From the NCBI GenBank assembly GCA_016298185.1, contig JAEDDA010000003.1, forward strand, positions 1-60,106: a stretch of DNA of 60,106 bases, read 5' to 3'. The DNA comes from Bacilli bacterium. Lineage in GTDB: Bacteria > Bacillota_I > Bacilli_A > RFN20 > CAG-826. The first letter of the stretch is position 1; each line of letters opens with the position of its first letter. Below the pieces are notes generated by a model. The model was not told the DNA's origin, did not search any database, and saw nothing but the letters and a program-made list of their open reading frames with translations. Below are positions 44,715 through 52,841 of the stretch, piece by piece. The translations under genes were made by a program, and so were the position numbers.

Positions 44715-45617
44715 ATGGAAAAAGTAGTTAAATTAAAACCTGTTATCAAGTCCTATATCTGGGGAGGCCAGTATTTTCAACAATATGGCAAAGGCGAACA
44801 AGAAGTAATTTCTGAACTTTGGGAATTATCTGTTCGTGATGGTAATAGCTCAGTTATCGCAGAAGGTGAAGATAAAGGAAAAGAACTTAAAAATGTCATA
44901 ACAAATAAGGATGTTGGACCAGTCAGTTCAAGATTTCCCTATTTTCCATTACTTATTAAATTAATTGACGCCAAAAGAGATTTATCAGTTCAAGTTCACC
45001 CAAGCGATGCTTATGCTTTAAAAAATGAAAATTCATTTGGCAAAAGTGAAATGTGGCACATCATCGACGCTGATGAAGGTGCTGGTTTATATGTTGGTTT
45101 AAAAGAAAATAGTTCCAAAGAAGAAATCGAAAATAGACTCAATGATGGAACTATTTTAGAAGCGCTTAATTTCTTTAAAGTTAAACCTGGAGATACTTAT
45201 GTTATTAACCCAGGAACCATCCACGCAATCGGTGCTGGAGTGAGGTTAATTGAAATTCAACAAAATAGCGACCTTACTTATAGACTTTTTGACTACAATA
45301 GATTAGATAAAGATGGTAATCCAAGAGAACTTCACATTGAAAAAGCTCTTAAGGTTATCGATTATTCAAAATATCAAACAAAAAATAACGCTGGTTCTGT
45401 ATTAGCGGACAATCAATATTTCAAAGTTAGAAGAGAAACTGTCGATGGTGAAATGATTATTGAAGCAAATAAAGAATCATTCGTCAGTTTTACATTTATT
45501 GAAGGAAAAGGCCTAGTTAATGACATGAAATTCCAGCAATTTGACACTTTTTTCCTTCCTTTTGGTAGCAAATGTGTGATTAAAGGTAAGGGCATTCTAG
45601 TCATTAGCGAGATTTAA
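44715..45617 (+). CDS. manA: class I mannose-6-phosphate isomerase
   Basis: 300 aa. YIWGG, ELWELS, LSVQVHPSD, SEMWHI and GTIHAIGAG match the short Bacillota-type PMI. Confidence 0.85.
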   Translation: MEKVVKLKPVIKSYIWGGQYFQQYGKGEQEVISELWELSVRDGNSSVIAEGEDKGKELKNVITNKDVGPVSSRFPYFPLLIKLIDAKRDLSVQVHPSDAYALKNENSFGKSEMWHIIDADEGAGLYVGLKENSSKEEIENRLNDGTILEALNFFKVKPGDTYVINPGTIHAIGAGVRLIEIQQNSDLTYRLFDYNRLDKDGNPRELHIEKALKVIDYSKYQTKNNAGSVLADNQYFKVRRETVDGEMIIEANKESFVSFTFIEGKGLVNDMKFQQFDTFFLPFGSKCVIKGKGILVISEI

Positions 45618-45618
45618 T

Positions 45619-46074
45619 ATGTCCGATTACATTAAAGAATTAAGAAAGAAAGTTGGGCATAAACCTCTTGTCCTTCCTCATTCAGTAGTATTAGTTATAA
45701 ATAATCAAAATGAAATTCTTTTAGAAGAAAGATCTGACGATGGATTTGTTGATTTTCCTGGTGGTGGAATCGATTTAAAGGAAACTGCTGAAGAAGCCGC
45801 GGTTAGAGAACTAAAAGAAGAAACTGGATTAACAGCAAATAGGTTAGATACTTTCAAAGTATATTCCGGTGAAATTACTTATTACAAATACTTTAATGGT
45901 GATGAAATTTACGGTATTGATTCTGTTTTTATTTGCCGTGATTATGATGGTGAATTAAAGCCTCAATTATCCGAAGTTAAAAAACTATTTTTCTGTTCTT
46001 TAGACAATATGCCGGTGGATAAAATGAGCCCACGGAATAAACAAATAATTATCGACTTAAATAGCCAAAAATAA
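45619..46074 (+). CDS. NUDIX hydrolase
   Basis: Nudix box GGGIDLKETAEEAAVRELKEETGL. Confidence 0.85.
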   Translation: MSDYIKELRKKVGHKPLVLPHSVVLVINNQNEILLEERSDDGFVDFPGGGIDLKETAEEAAVRELKEETGLTANRLDTFKVYSGEITYYKYFNGDEIYGIDSVFICRDYDGELKPQLSEVKKLFFCSLDNMPVDKMSPRNKQIIIDLNSQK

Positions 46075-46167
46075 ACAAGTTAGGTAAAAAGTAACACTAT
46101 ATAGTAAACAAATACTTAATTAGTATTTTGCTTTATTATATTCTTATACCTGGTCTAAAATTAAATT

Positions 46168-47469
46168 ATGATTGATAAAGTTAACCATATCAAAGATACA
46201 AAAAATCTCACTGGTTTGTTACCAGCGGTTAGATATACTCAACCAAAGTATGTTTATATCGCTATGGGAAATGCGAGATGTCCAAACGCGGAACTTTATA
46301 TTAAAGAAGGCGACCACGTTTTCTATTCTCAAGTTATTGGCATTAGACACGCTGCTTTCTTTGATCAACCAATCCACGCAACATGTTCAGGAACATTCGT
46401 GGGATTAGAAAAGCACTATCATAGAAATGGAAAACTTACAGACTTCATCAAAATTGAAAATGACGGTTTGGATACTATTGATCCTACTTTAAAGATGAGA
46501 ACTCCAGAAGAAATCGCCGCTTTAACAAAAGATGATATGGTGGAGATTCTTAAGAATTGTGCTTGTGTTGGCTTAGGAGGTTCTTCTTTTCCAACATATA
46601 TCAAATTCCAAACCGATAAACCAATTAACATGATTTTAGTAAACGGTATTGAATGCGAACCATACATTACCGCTGACCATAGATTAATGCTTGAATATCC
46701 ATATCGTGTTTGTGAAGGTCTTTTATATGTTATGCAAGCCTTTGGATGCAAACACGCTAAGATATGTATTAAATCTAAATATAAAGATATTAAAAGAGTA
46801 TATAAACAAGTCTTAAAAGAATACGAAGGTTCAGGCATTGAATTATGCTGCGTTGGTAACTACTATCCACAAGGTTGGGAAGTAGAAATGATTAAAAACG
46901 CGACTGGTATTCAATTAAAACCAGGTGAATTACCATCCAATCGCGGAATCTTAAACTTCAATGTTTCCACAATGGTGGGTATTTATAAAGCTATTAAATA
47001 TAACATGGCAGTTAACAAACGTTTCGTCACTGTTACTGGTGATGGAATCAATTATCCAAAGAACTTCCGTGTTAGAGTTGGTACATCAATTAAGGATTTA
47101 ATCCCACTTTGTGGTGGATATAAAGATCCAGAAAAAGAAAAAGTCTTTATTATGGGTGGTCCTATGATGGGTGTTTCTGTTCCAAGCGATGACATTATTG
47201 TTACAAAGACAGTTACATCAATCATTATTTTAAATAAAACTGATTATAAAGAAGAACCATGTGTTAGATGTGGTAGCTGTGTTTTATCTTGTCCAGTTCA
47301 TCTTGAACCTGTACAAATCATGAATGCAGTGAAAACATTAGATAAACCAAGAATTAAAATGTTAAATCCATTAAGATGTATTGAATGTGGACTTTGTTCA
47401 TACACATGTACATCAAAGATTCCTGTGACAGACTATATTAGAAAGGCAAAGATTATTGCGAAATTATGA
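46168..47469 (+). CDS. rnfC: Rnf electron transport complex subunit C
   Basis: 433 aa. GLGGSSFPT nucleotide/FMN-binding motif and two 4Fe-4S motifs (CVRCGSCVLSCP, CIECGLCSYTC). No obvious SD. Confidence 0.9.
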   Translation: MIDKVNHIKDTKNLTGLLPAVRYTQPKYVYIAMGNARCPNAELYIKEGDHVFYSQVIGIRHAAFFDQPIHATCSGTFVGLEKHYHRNGKLTDFIKIENDGLDTIDPTLKMRTPEEIAALTKDDMVEILKNCACVGLGGSSFPTYIKFQTDKPINMILVNGIECEPYITADHRLMLEYPYRVCEGLLYVMQAFGCKHAKICIKSKYKDIKRVYKQVLKEYEGSGIELCCVGNYYPQGWEVEMIKNATGIQLKPGELPSNRGILNFNVSTMVGIYKAIKYNMAVNKRFVTVTGDGINYPKNFRVRVGTSIKDLIPLCGGYKDPEKEKVFIMGGPMMGVSVPSDDIIVTKTVTSIIILNKTDYKEEPCVRCGSCVLSCPVHLEPVQIMNAVKTLDKPRIKMLNPLRCIECGLCSYTCTSKIPVTDYIRKAKIIAKL

Positions 47470-48584
47470 TTATTGCAAAAGAGAACGCTCCACATCTTAG
47501 AAGAAATGCCTCTGTCACTCGTATGATGGTGGATGTTTTAATCGCGCTAGCTCCAACGCTAATCTTTTCCTTTGTTGTTTATCCAATTAAAACATTAATC
47601 TTCTATTTGATTTCTGTATTCATTATGTGTGGATCAGAATTTGTTTATGTTGGATTAAGAAACATGATGCCAAAAGATGGTTTAAAACATTCTTTCAAAG
47701 AAAGATTTGCTTATGCCTACAAAGGTAAATTCACACAAAACAATGTTTTAACTCCTGCAATCAGCGCTATTATCTTTACATTAATTATGCCTGCAGGGGC
47801 ACCTATATATGCAGTGATTGTTGGTGCATTTGTTGGTATTGTTTTGGGCAAATTAGTATTTGGTGGCTTAGGAAGCAACATCTTCAACCCAGCCGTTGTT
47901 GGTATGGTATTTGCTAAGCTTTGCTTTGGCTCACAATATGTCCAAGTTGATACTTGGTTCTATACCATTCCTGATGCTGCAGCAGGTGCAACCCCATTAG
48001 GATTAATCAATGGTGGTTATTTTGCTAACTTTGGCCAATATCAATTATTTGATTTATTTATTGGCCGTATACCAGGTACATTAGGTGAAGTTTACAAAGT
48101 GACTATCTTAATTGGTTTGATTTATTTATTAATCAGAAGAAGCATTGATTTCCGTATTGTTGTTTCTTATTTAGGAACCTTTTTAGTGCTCGTCTTATTA
48201 GGCGGCTTAGCAGTATGGACACTCAACAAGAACGTGAATCCATTCATGTTTGCTTTATATAACTTATTAACTGGTGGTGTTTTATTCGGCGCCACATTCA
48301 TGTTAACCGATCCAGTCACCAGTCCGATAAATTCGCCTTCCCGTATTATCTACGGTATGGTAGCGGCGGTTATCACAGTCTTTATTAGATTCTTTGCCGC
48401 ATTACCAGAAGGTGTTGGTTTCTCCATCCTTATCGCCAACATGTTTGCAGTGGCTTTGGACCACTACGAATGGAGCAATCCACGTTATACATGGAAGAAC
48501 ATTTTAGCGATGTGTTTAATCGTTGTTCTTTCTGGTGCATTAACATTCTTAGTGATTAGATTCGGAGGTGTGTATCATGGCTAA
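47466..48584 (+). CDS. rnfD: Rnf complex subunit D
   Basis: 372-aa polytopic protein with NqrB/RnfD-type segments (NPAVVGMVF, MLTDPVTSP). Candidate FMN-attachment motif AAAGATPLG. Confidence 0.9.
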   Translation: MIIAKENAPHLRRNASVTRMMVDVLIALAPTLIFSFVVYPIKTLIFYLISVFIMCGSEFVYVGLRNMMPKDGLKHSFKERFAYAYKGKFTQNNVLTPAISAIIFTLIMPAGAPIYAVIVGAFVGIVLGKLVFGGLGSNIFNPAVVGMVFAKLCFGSQYVQVDTWFYTIPDAAAGATPLGLINGGYFANFGQYQLFDLFIGRIPGTLGEVYKVTILIGLIYLLIRRSIDFRIVVSYLGTFLVLVLLGGLAVWTLNKNVNPFMFALYNLLTGGVLFGATFMLTDPVTSPINSPSRIIYGMVAAVITVFIRFFAALPEGVGFSILIANMFAVALDHYEWSNPRYTWKNILAMCLIVVLSGALTFLVIRFGGVYHG

Positions 48585-49104
48585 TAACGCAAAGAAATAC
48601 ATCATCACCGCAGTCACTTTAGGTGTCATTGCTGCCGTTAGTGCAGGTATTATCGGCTTAACAAATTTATTAACCTCAAAACAAATCGCAATTAACGAAC
48701 AAAAGAGATTTAATGCGGGAATTGTGGCGATTTTTGGTGAAAATGCCTCTGTTGATACAAAATATAAAAATGAAGGTAACGGCAAATATGTACAAGAATG
48801 GTACTGGGTACATATGGGAGAAGGCGTTGAGCCCAATTACATTTTTAAAACAACAGGATCTAACATGTATGGAAAGATTTCCTTACTTGTTGGTTTTGAT
48901 AGAGCCAAAAATTTCAAAGGAACATACACACTTGTTAACGAACAAACATATGCTTCTACATTAGTGGATAATTATCTTGTTCCAGTTAATGGCGGAGATA
49001 AAGAATTAGACGATGTCACTTGTGGCGCTACTTATGGTGCGAAGTTAGTGAGAGATATGGTGAAAGAAGCGCAAGAATATTGTAATGGGATAATTATTGA
49101 ATAG
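48577..49104 (+). CDS. rnfG: Rnf complex subunit G (FMN-binding)
   Basis: N-terminal TM anchor and a C-terminal FMN_bind-like motif DDVTCGATYGA. ATG 48577 has a GGAGG RBS at 48564-48568 and is preferred over GTG 48568. Confidence 0.8.
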   Translation: MANNAKKYIITAVTLGVIAAVSAGIIGLTNLLTSKQIAINEQKRFNAGIVAIFGENASVDTKYKNEGNGKYVQEWYWVHMGEGVEPNYIFKTTGSNMYGKISLLVGFDRAKNFKGTYTLVNEQTYASTLVDNYLVPVNGGDKELDDVTCGATYGAKLVRDMVKEAQEYCNGIIIE

Positions 49105-49105
49105 T

Positions 49106-49846
49106 ATGGCTAGAGAGAAAGGTTACACAAAGAATAATTTCTTAAAGGGCATCATTATTGAGAATCCATTATTTGTTTCGATTCTCGGTACATGTCCAGC
49201 TTTAGCAACCACAAAAACTGTGGAAGCTGCTATCGGTATGGGCATTCTCTTTACCATCGTTTTGGTTTGTTCCAACATATTAGTGTCTTTATTAAGAAAA
49301 TTGATTCCTGAAGAAATCAGAACCCCAGCATATATCGTTATCATTGCGACATTCGTCACTATGGTTAAGATGCTCACAAATGCATTCTTACCAGAATTAT
49401 ATTCAACACTTGGTGTCTTTATTTCCTTAATTGTCGTTAACTGTATTGTCTTAGGACGTGCAGAAGCATACGCGAGTAAGAATAAAGTATTTGATTCTTT
49501 AATTGATGCTTTAGGTATGGGTGTTGGTTATACATTAGCCCTAATCTCCATGGCTATCTTTAGAGAATTCCTTGGCACTGGTGCCTTCTCATTCGGTAAA
49601 GTCTTTACCTTTATTCCAGAAGTCACATTACAAATAATTCCAAAGGGATTTGAACTCTCATTATTCCAAACACCAGTTGGTGCTTTCATTGTCTTTGGTG
49701 TGATTTTAGTGGTCTTAGCGTTTATTAAAAATCGCAAAGCGGAATTGAAAGAAAACCGTGCTAGACAAGAACGTCTTAAAAAGCAAAAAGAAGCCGCTGC
49801 CGCAGCAGCAGCTGCTAAATCAACTGCGGAAGGAGGTAACAAGTAA
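49106..49846 (+). CDS. rnfE: Rnf complex subunit E
   Basis: ENPLFVSILGTCPALA, NCIVLGRAEAYA. The track start at 49097 is TTG, so ATG 49106 is preferred. Carries an unusual ~39-aa charged, poly-Ala C-terminal tail. Confidence 0.88.
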   Translation: MAREKGYTKNNFLKGIIIENPLFVSILGTCPALATTKTVEAAIGMGILFTIVLVCSNILVSLLRKLIPEEIRTPAYIVIIATFVTMVKMLTNAFLPELYSTLGVFISLIVVNCIVLGRAEAYASKNKVFDSLIDALGMGVGYTLALISMAIFREFLGTGAFSFGKVFTFIPEVTLQIIPKGFELSLFQTPVGAFIVFGVILVVLAFIKNRKAELKENRARQERLKKQKEAAAAAAAAKSTAEGGNK

Positions 49847-50445
49847 TGCAAATCATGATTTCATTCTTATTAGCCATCCTATCTAGTATGTTGATTGATA
49901 ACGTCGTGTTATCTAGATTCTATGGCATTTGTCCATTCTTAGGTGTTTCTCGTAAAGTGAAATCTTCCTTTGGTATGGGTATTGCTGTTGTCTTTGTTAT
50001 CGTTTTAGCAACAGTTATTTGCTGGCCATTATATAACTTTGTTTTAGTCCCAGCGGGCATTCCGTTTATGGACACCGTTGCTTATATCTTAGTTATTGCT
50101 TCCTTAGTCCAACTTGTTGGATTATTCATTAAGAAATATTCTCCATCTTTATATAAATCCTTGGGTATTTATTTACCATTAATCACCACAAACTGTGCGG
50201 TTTTAGGTGTGGCACAAGGTAATACCGATCAAGGATTATGTTTCTTATCTTCTCTTGCTAACGGCATTGGTACATCAATTGGTTTCTTATTAATCATTGT
50301 GGTCTTTAGCTGTATCAGAGTGAGATTAGAATCATCTAATGTACCAAAAGCATTTAAAGGATTGCCAATTGCTTTAATAGTCGCAGCGATTATGGCGATC
50401 GCATTTATGGGTCTTCAAGGGTTATTCGCAGGTATTCAATTATGA
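49846..50445 (+). CDS. rnfA: Rnf complex subunit A
   Basis: 199 aa. DNVVLSRFYGICPFLGVS, ITTNCAVLGVA. GGAGG RBS. Confidence 0.92.
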   Translation: MQIMISFLLAILSSMLIDNVVLSRFYGICPFLGVSRKVKSSFGMGIAVVFVIVLATVICWPLYNFVLVPAGIPFMDTVAYILVIASLVQLVGLFIKKYSPSLYKSLGIYLPLITTNCAVLGVAQGNTDQGLCFLSSLANGIGTSIGFLLIIVVFSCIRVRLESSNVPKAFKGLPIALIVAAIMAIAFMGLQGLFAGIQL

Positions 50446-50636
50446 GTAAAGAAACTTATTTAATCATTGCTATCGTTATCCTTGTTTCCTTATTGGTCAC
50501 TTTCATTGTGTCCTTTGTTTTATATAGACGCACACCCGTACCAAAGGGATGCGAACATATAAAGATTAGTGAAGAAAATTGTTCTTCTTGTTCACATGAA
50601 GAATGTTCCTTTTATAAAGGAAAAGGTGAGGAATAA
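50442..50636 (+). CDS. small membrane protein with a Cys-rich tail (64 aa), RnfB-N-terminal-like
   Basis: One TM helix (aa ~5-27) followed by GCEHIKISEENCSSCSHEEC. The CX2CX4C spacing is the same as in the adjacent RnfB-like ORF. ATGA overlap with rnfA. Confidence 0.6.
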   Translation: MSKETYLIIAIVILVSLLVTFIVSFVLYRRTPVPKGCEHIKISEENCSSCSHEECSFYKGKGEE

Positions 50637-50639
50637 GCT

Positions 50640-50957
50640 ATGGAAATATTGTGGGCTGTACTTATCTTATTAGGCATTGGATTACTTCTCGGTCTTGGCT
50701 TAGCTATTGCCGCGAAAGTTTTACATGTGAAAGAAGACGAAAGAATTGAAGAAGTTACAAAGCGACTACCAAATTATAACTGCGGTAGTTGTGGCTACGC
50801 TGGATGCAAAGCGTTAGCGGAAGCTATCGTTACTGGAAAAGAAGATAACTTAAAGAAATGTAAGCCAGGTAAAGAAGATGCAAACTTTAAACCTATTATT
50901 GAATATTTAGATCAACATCCAAACGAAGATGGCACTAAAGTAAAGGTTCATTTATAA
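50640..50957 (+). CDS. rnfB: truncated RnfB-like subunit (TM anchor plus N-terminal Fe-S domain only)
   Basis: 105 aa. TM helix, then [18 protein letters not shown]......KKCKPG, which resembles the RnfB N-terminal cluster domain. No CxxCxxCxxxCP ferredoxin motifs are present. Confidence 0.72.
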   Translation: MEILWAVLILLGIGLLLGLGLAIAAKVLHVKEDERIEEVTKRLPNYNCGSCGYAGCKALAEAIVTGKEDNLKKCKPGKEDANFKPIIEYLDQHPNEDGTKVKVHL

Positions 50958-50959
50958 AT

Positions 50960-51916
50960 ATGAAAAAGATAGCGTTTCTATTTCCATTACTTGCTATCGC
51001 ATTAACATCCTGCTCAACAAATAACAAAGTTATTGAGAGCAAGGTTTTTTGTTTTGATACCCTTGTTGAAGCCAAACTTTACAACGGCAAAAATGAACAT
51101 ATTAAAGAAATAGAAAAGATTTTAAATAACATCTCTAATCTCACAGATAACTATGAATTAAAATCAATTAATGGTGTCTATGCCATTAATCAAACAAACG
51201 AAGAAATAACAATTGATGAACAGTTATACACTTTATTGCAAGACTCTTTTGATATGGCTAATAACGGGGTGGATAATTTTAATCCATTGTGTGGCTCATT
51301 ATCCAAGAAATGGAAAGAGTCATTAGCAAAAAAAGAAATCCTCTCAGAAACGGTTATAAATGAAGAATTAGATAAGATTAATAACACGGAAGTAATACTT
51401 AAAGATAACTATGTTATCCAAAGAAATGGAGAAGCGGAAATTGACTTAGGTGGTGTCGCGAAAGGATATGCCTTAGATTTAGTCAATAACTATCTCCAAG
51501 AAAATGGTGTTGCTAGTTATTTAATTAACGCAGGTAGTTCATCTATCGCATTAGGAGAAAAGTTAACTAAAGATGGTTTATTTACCATCGGATTAAAAGA
51601 AGTTAAAAACGCTTATATCAAAGCGAAGAACTGCTTTATTTCCACATCATCTATTTATGAGCAAGGCGTCACAATTGATGGCGTGACTTATTCACATATT
51701 ATTAATCCAAAAACCGGTAGCGCGATTAATGTAAATGATGGTGTTATCGTCATCTCCAGAAATGGTGCTTTTGGCGATGCATTTTCTACTTCGTTAATGA
51801 ATAACACATTGGAAGAAATCAAAGAAATTGAAAAAATAAACGACATTAAAACAATCATTATTAAAAATAACAAGATTGTCTATTCCCATAAGGATATTGA
51901 GGTCAAATATCATTAA
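50960..51916 (+). CDS. apbE: FAD:protein FMN transferase (ApbE family) lipoprotein
   Basis: Lipobox ALTSC. ApbE-like segments (IDLGGVAKGYALD, YSHIINPKTG, SRNGAFGDAFSTS). Confidence 0.85.
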   Translation: MKKIAFLFPLLAIALTSCSTNNKVIESKVFCFDTLVEAKLYNGKNEHIKEIEKILNNISNLTDNYELKSINGVYAINQTNEEITIDEQLYTLLQDSFDMANNGVDNFNPLCGSLSKKWKESLAKKEILSETVINEELDKINNTEVILKDNYVIQRNGEAEIDLGGVAKGYALDLVNNYLQENGVASYLINAGSSSIALGEKLTKDGLFTIGLKEVKNAYIKAKNCFISTSSIYEQGVTIDGVTYSHIINPKTGSAINVNDGVIVISRNGAFGDAFSTSLMNNTLEEIKEIEKINDIKTIIIKNNKIVYSHKDIEVKYH

Positions 51917-52290
51917 TGAATAAAAAGGTCTTAAGAAATGATTTGATACTTATTGCCTCTTTGCTAATTTTAGCAATCATTTCTCTTGTCCTTGTTTTGA
52001 CTTTAAAAACCAAAAAGAATTTACAAGCTAAGGTATATGTTCAAAACGAAGTCGTAGAAGTTATCGACTTAAGCAAGAAAGAAGAAAAATATTACTATGT
52101 TCAAGGTCTTAAAGGACTAGTTCATATCCACACCAAAAATGGTGGTATCGCAATTGTGGAAAGTAGCTGTCCTCATCAAGACTGTGTGAATATGGGTTAT
52201 GTATATGAAACTAATCGCCCAATTATTTGTGCTTATAACGCAGTTTATATTGTGATTGAAGGCAAAGCGAATTATGACGTGGAGATTTAA
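51916..52290 (+). CDS. NusG domain II-containing membrane-anchored protein (DUF1312-like)
   Basis: 124 aa with an N-terminal TM helix. SSCPHQDCVNMGYVYETNRPIICAYNAVYIVIEG fits the CPxxxC...C NusG_II pattern. TAATG overlap with apbE. Confidence 0.7.
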   Translation: MNKKVLRNDLILIASLLILAIISLVLVLTLKTKKNLQAKVYVQNEVVEVIDLSKKEEKYYYVQGLKGLVHIHTKNGGIAIVESSCPHQDCVNMGYVYETNRPIICAYNAVYIVIEGKANYDVEI

Positions 52291-52292
52291 TT

Positions 52293-52817
52293 ATGAAATG
52301 GAACACGCATAAAATCGCTTTAATGGGCATATTAACCGCAGGAGCAATTATTATTGCTATCCTTGAATCATTTATTCCAAGTATTGGCATTCCAGGTGTT
52401 AAACTTGGTTTAGCTAATATTGTTATTTTGATTATCCTTTATGAAATAGGAATTGTAGAAGCAATCATTGTCGATTTACTACGTGTTTTCCTTGTTGCCT
52501 TGCTTAGAGGAACAATTACATCTATGGGATTTTTAATGTCTCTTACTGGTGCGGCATTATCATTAGGAATAATGATTCTCTTATATTTAGTTGTCAGAAA
52601 GTTTTCTATAGTGGGTGTTAGCGCAGTCGGATCATTCTTCCATGTCACTGGTCAAGTTATTATCGCAATGGTATTTTTAGGAACTCCATATATGGCGTTC
52701 TATTTACCAATCATCGCTGTCTCTGCGATTATCACCGGTGTTCTAGTTGGCATAGTAGCGCAGTTAATAATTAGAACTGGAATAATCAAAAAGCAGAAAG
52801 AAAAATATAAATTTTAA
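52293..52817 (+). CDS. Gx transporter family protein (PF07456, formerly 'heptaprenyl diphosphate synthase component I')
   Basis: 174 aa, 5 TM helices. LESFIPSIGIPGVKLGLANIVILIIL is the family-typical N-terminal motif. Confidence 0.7.
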   Translation: MKWNTHKIALMGILTAGAIIIAILESFIPSIGIPGVKLGLANIVILIILYEIGIVEAIIVDLLRVFLVALLRGTITSMGFLMSLTGAALSLGIMILLYLVVRKFSIVGVSAVGSFFHVTGQVIIAMVFLGTPYMAFYLPIIAVSAIITGVLVGIVAQLIIRTGIIKKQKEKYKF

Positions 52818-52826
52818 CGATTATAT

Positions 52827-52835
52827 TGTTATAAT
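52827..52835 (+). promoter_or_regulatory. extended -10 promoter element (TGTTATAAT) directly upstream of addB
   Basis: TGn-TATAAT at 52827-52835. The last base is 6 nt before the A of the addB ATG (52842), and there is no SD in between. Confidence 0.5.
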
Positions 52836-52841
52836 TTATCT

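Noticed and set aside
46110-46128. AAATACT-taatt-AGTATTT hairpin upstream of rnfC as a terminator or Rex-type operator.
   Set aside because: The 7-bp stem is A/T-only and weak as a terminator. It does not resemble the TTGTGAA...TTCACAA Rex box.
46419-46838. 139-aa minus-strand ORF inside rnfC.
   Set aside because: It is antisense to a gene with clear RnfC motifs.
49528-49851. 107-aa minus-strand ORF with a poly-Ala stretch, and the GCN tract at 49793-49816 as a repeat element.
   Set aside because: The ORF is the mirror image of the rnfE C-terminal tail. The tract is a 24-nt coding homopolymer, not a CRISPR or satellite repeat.
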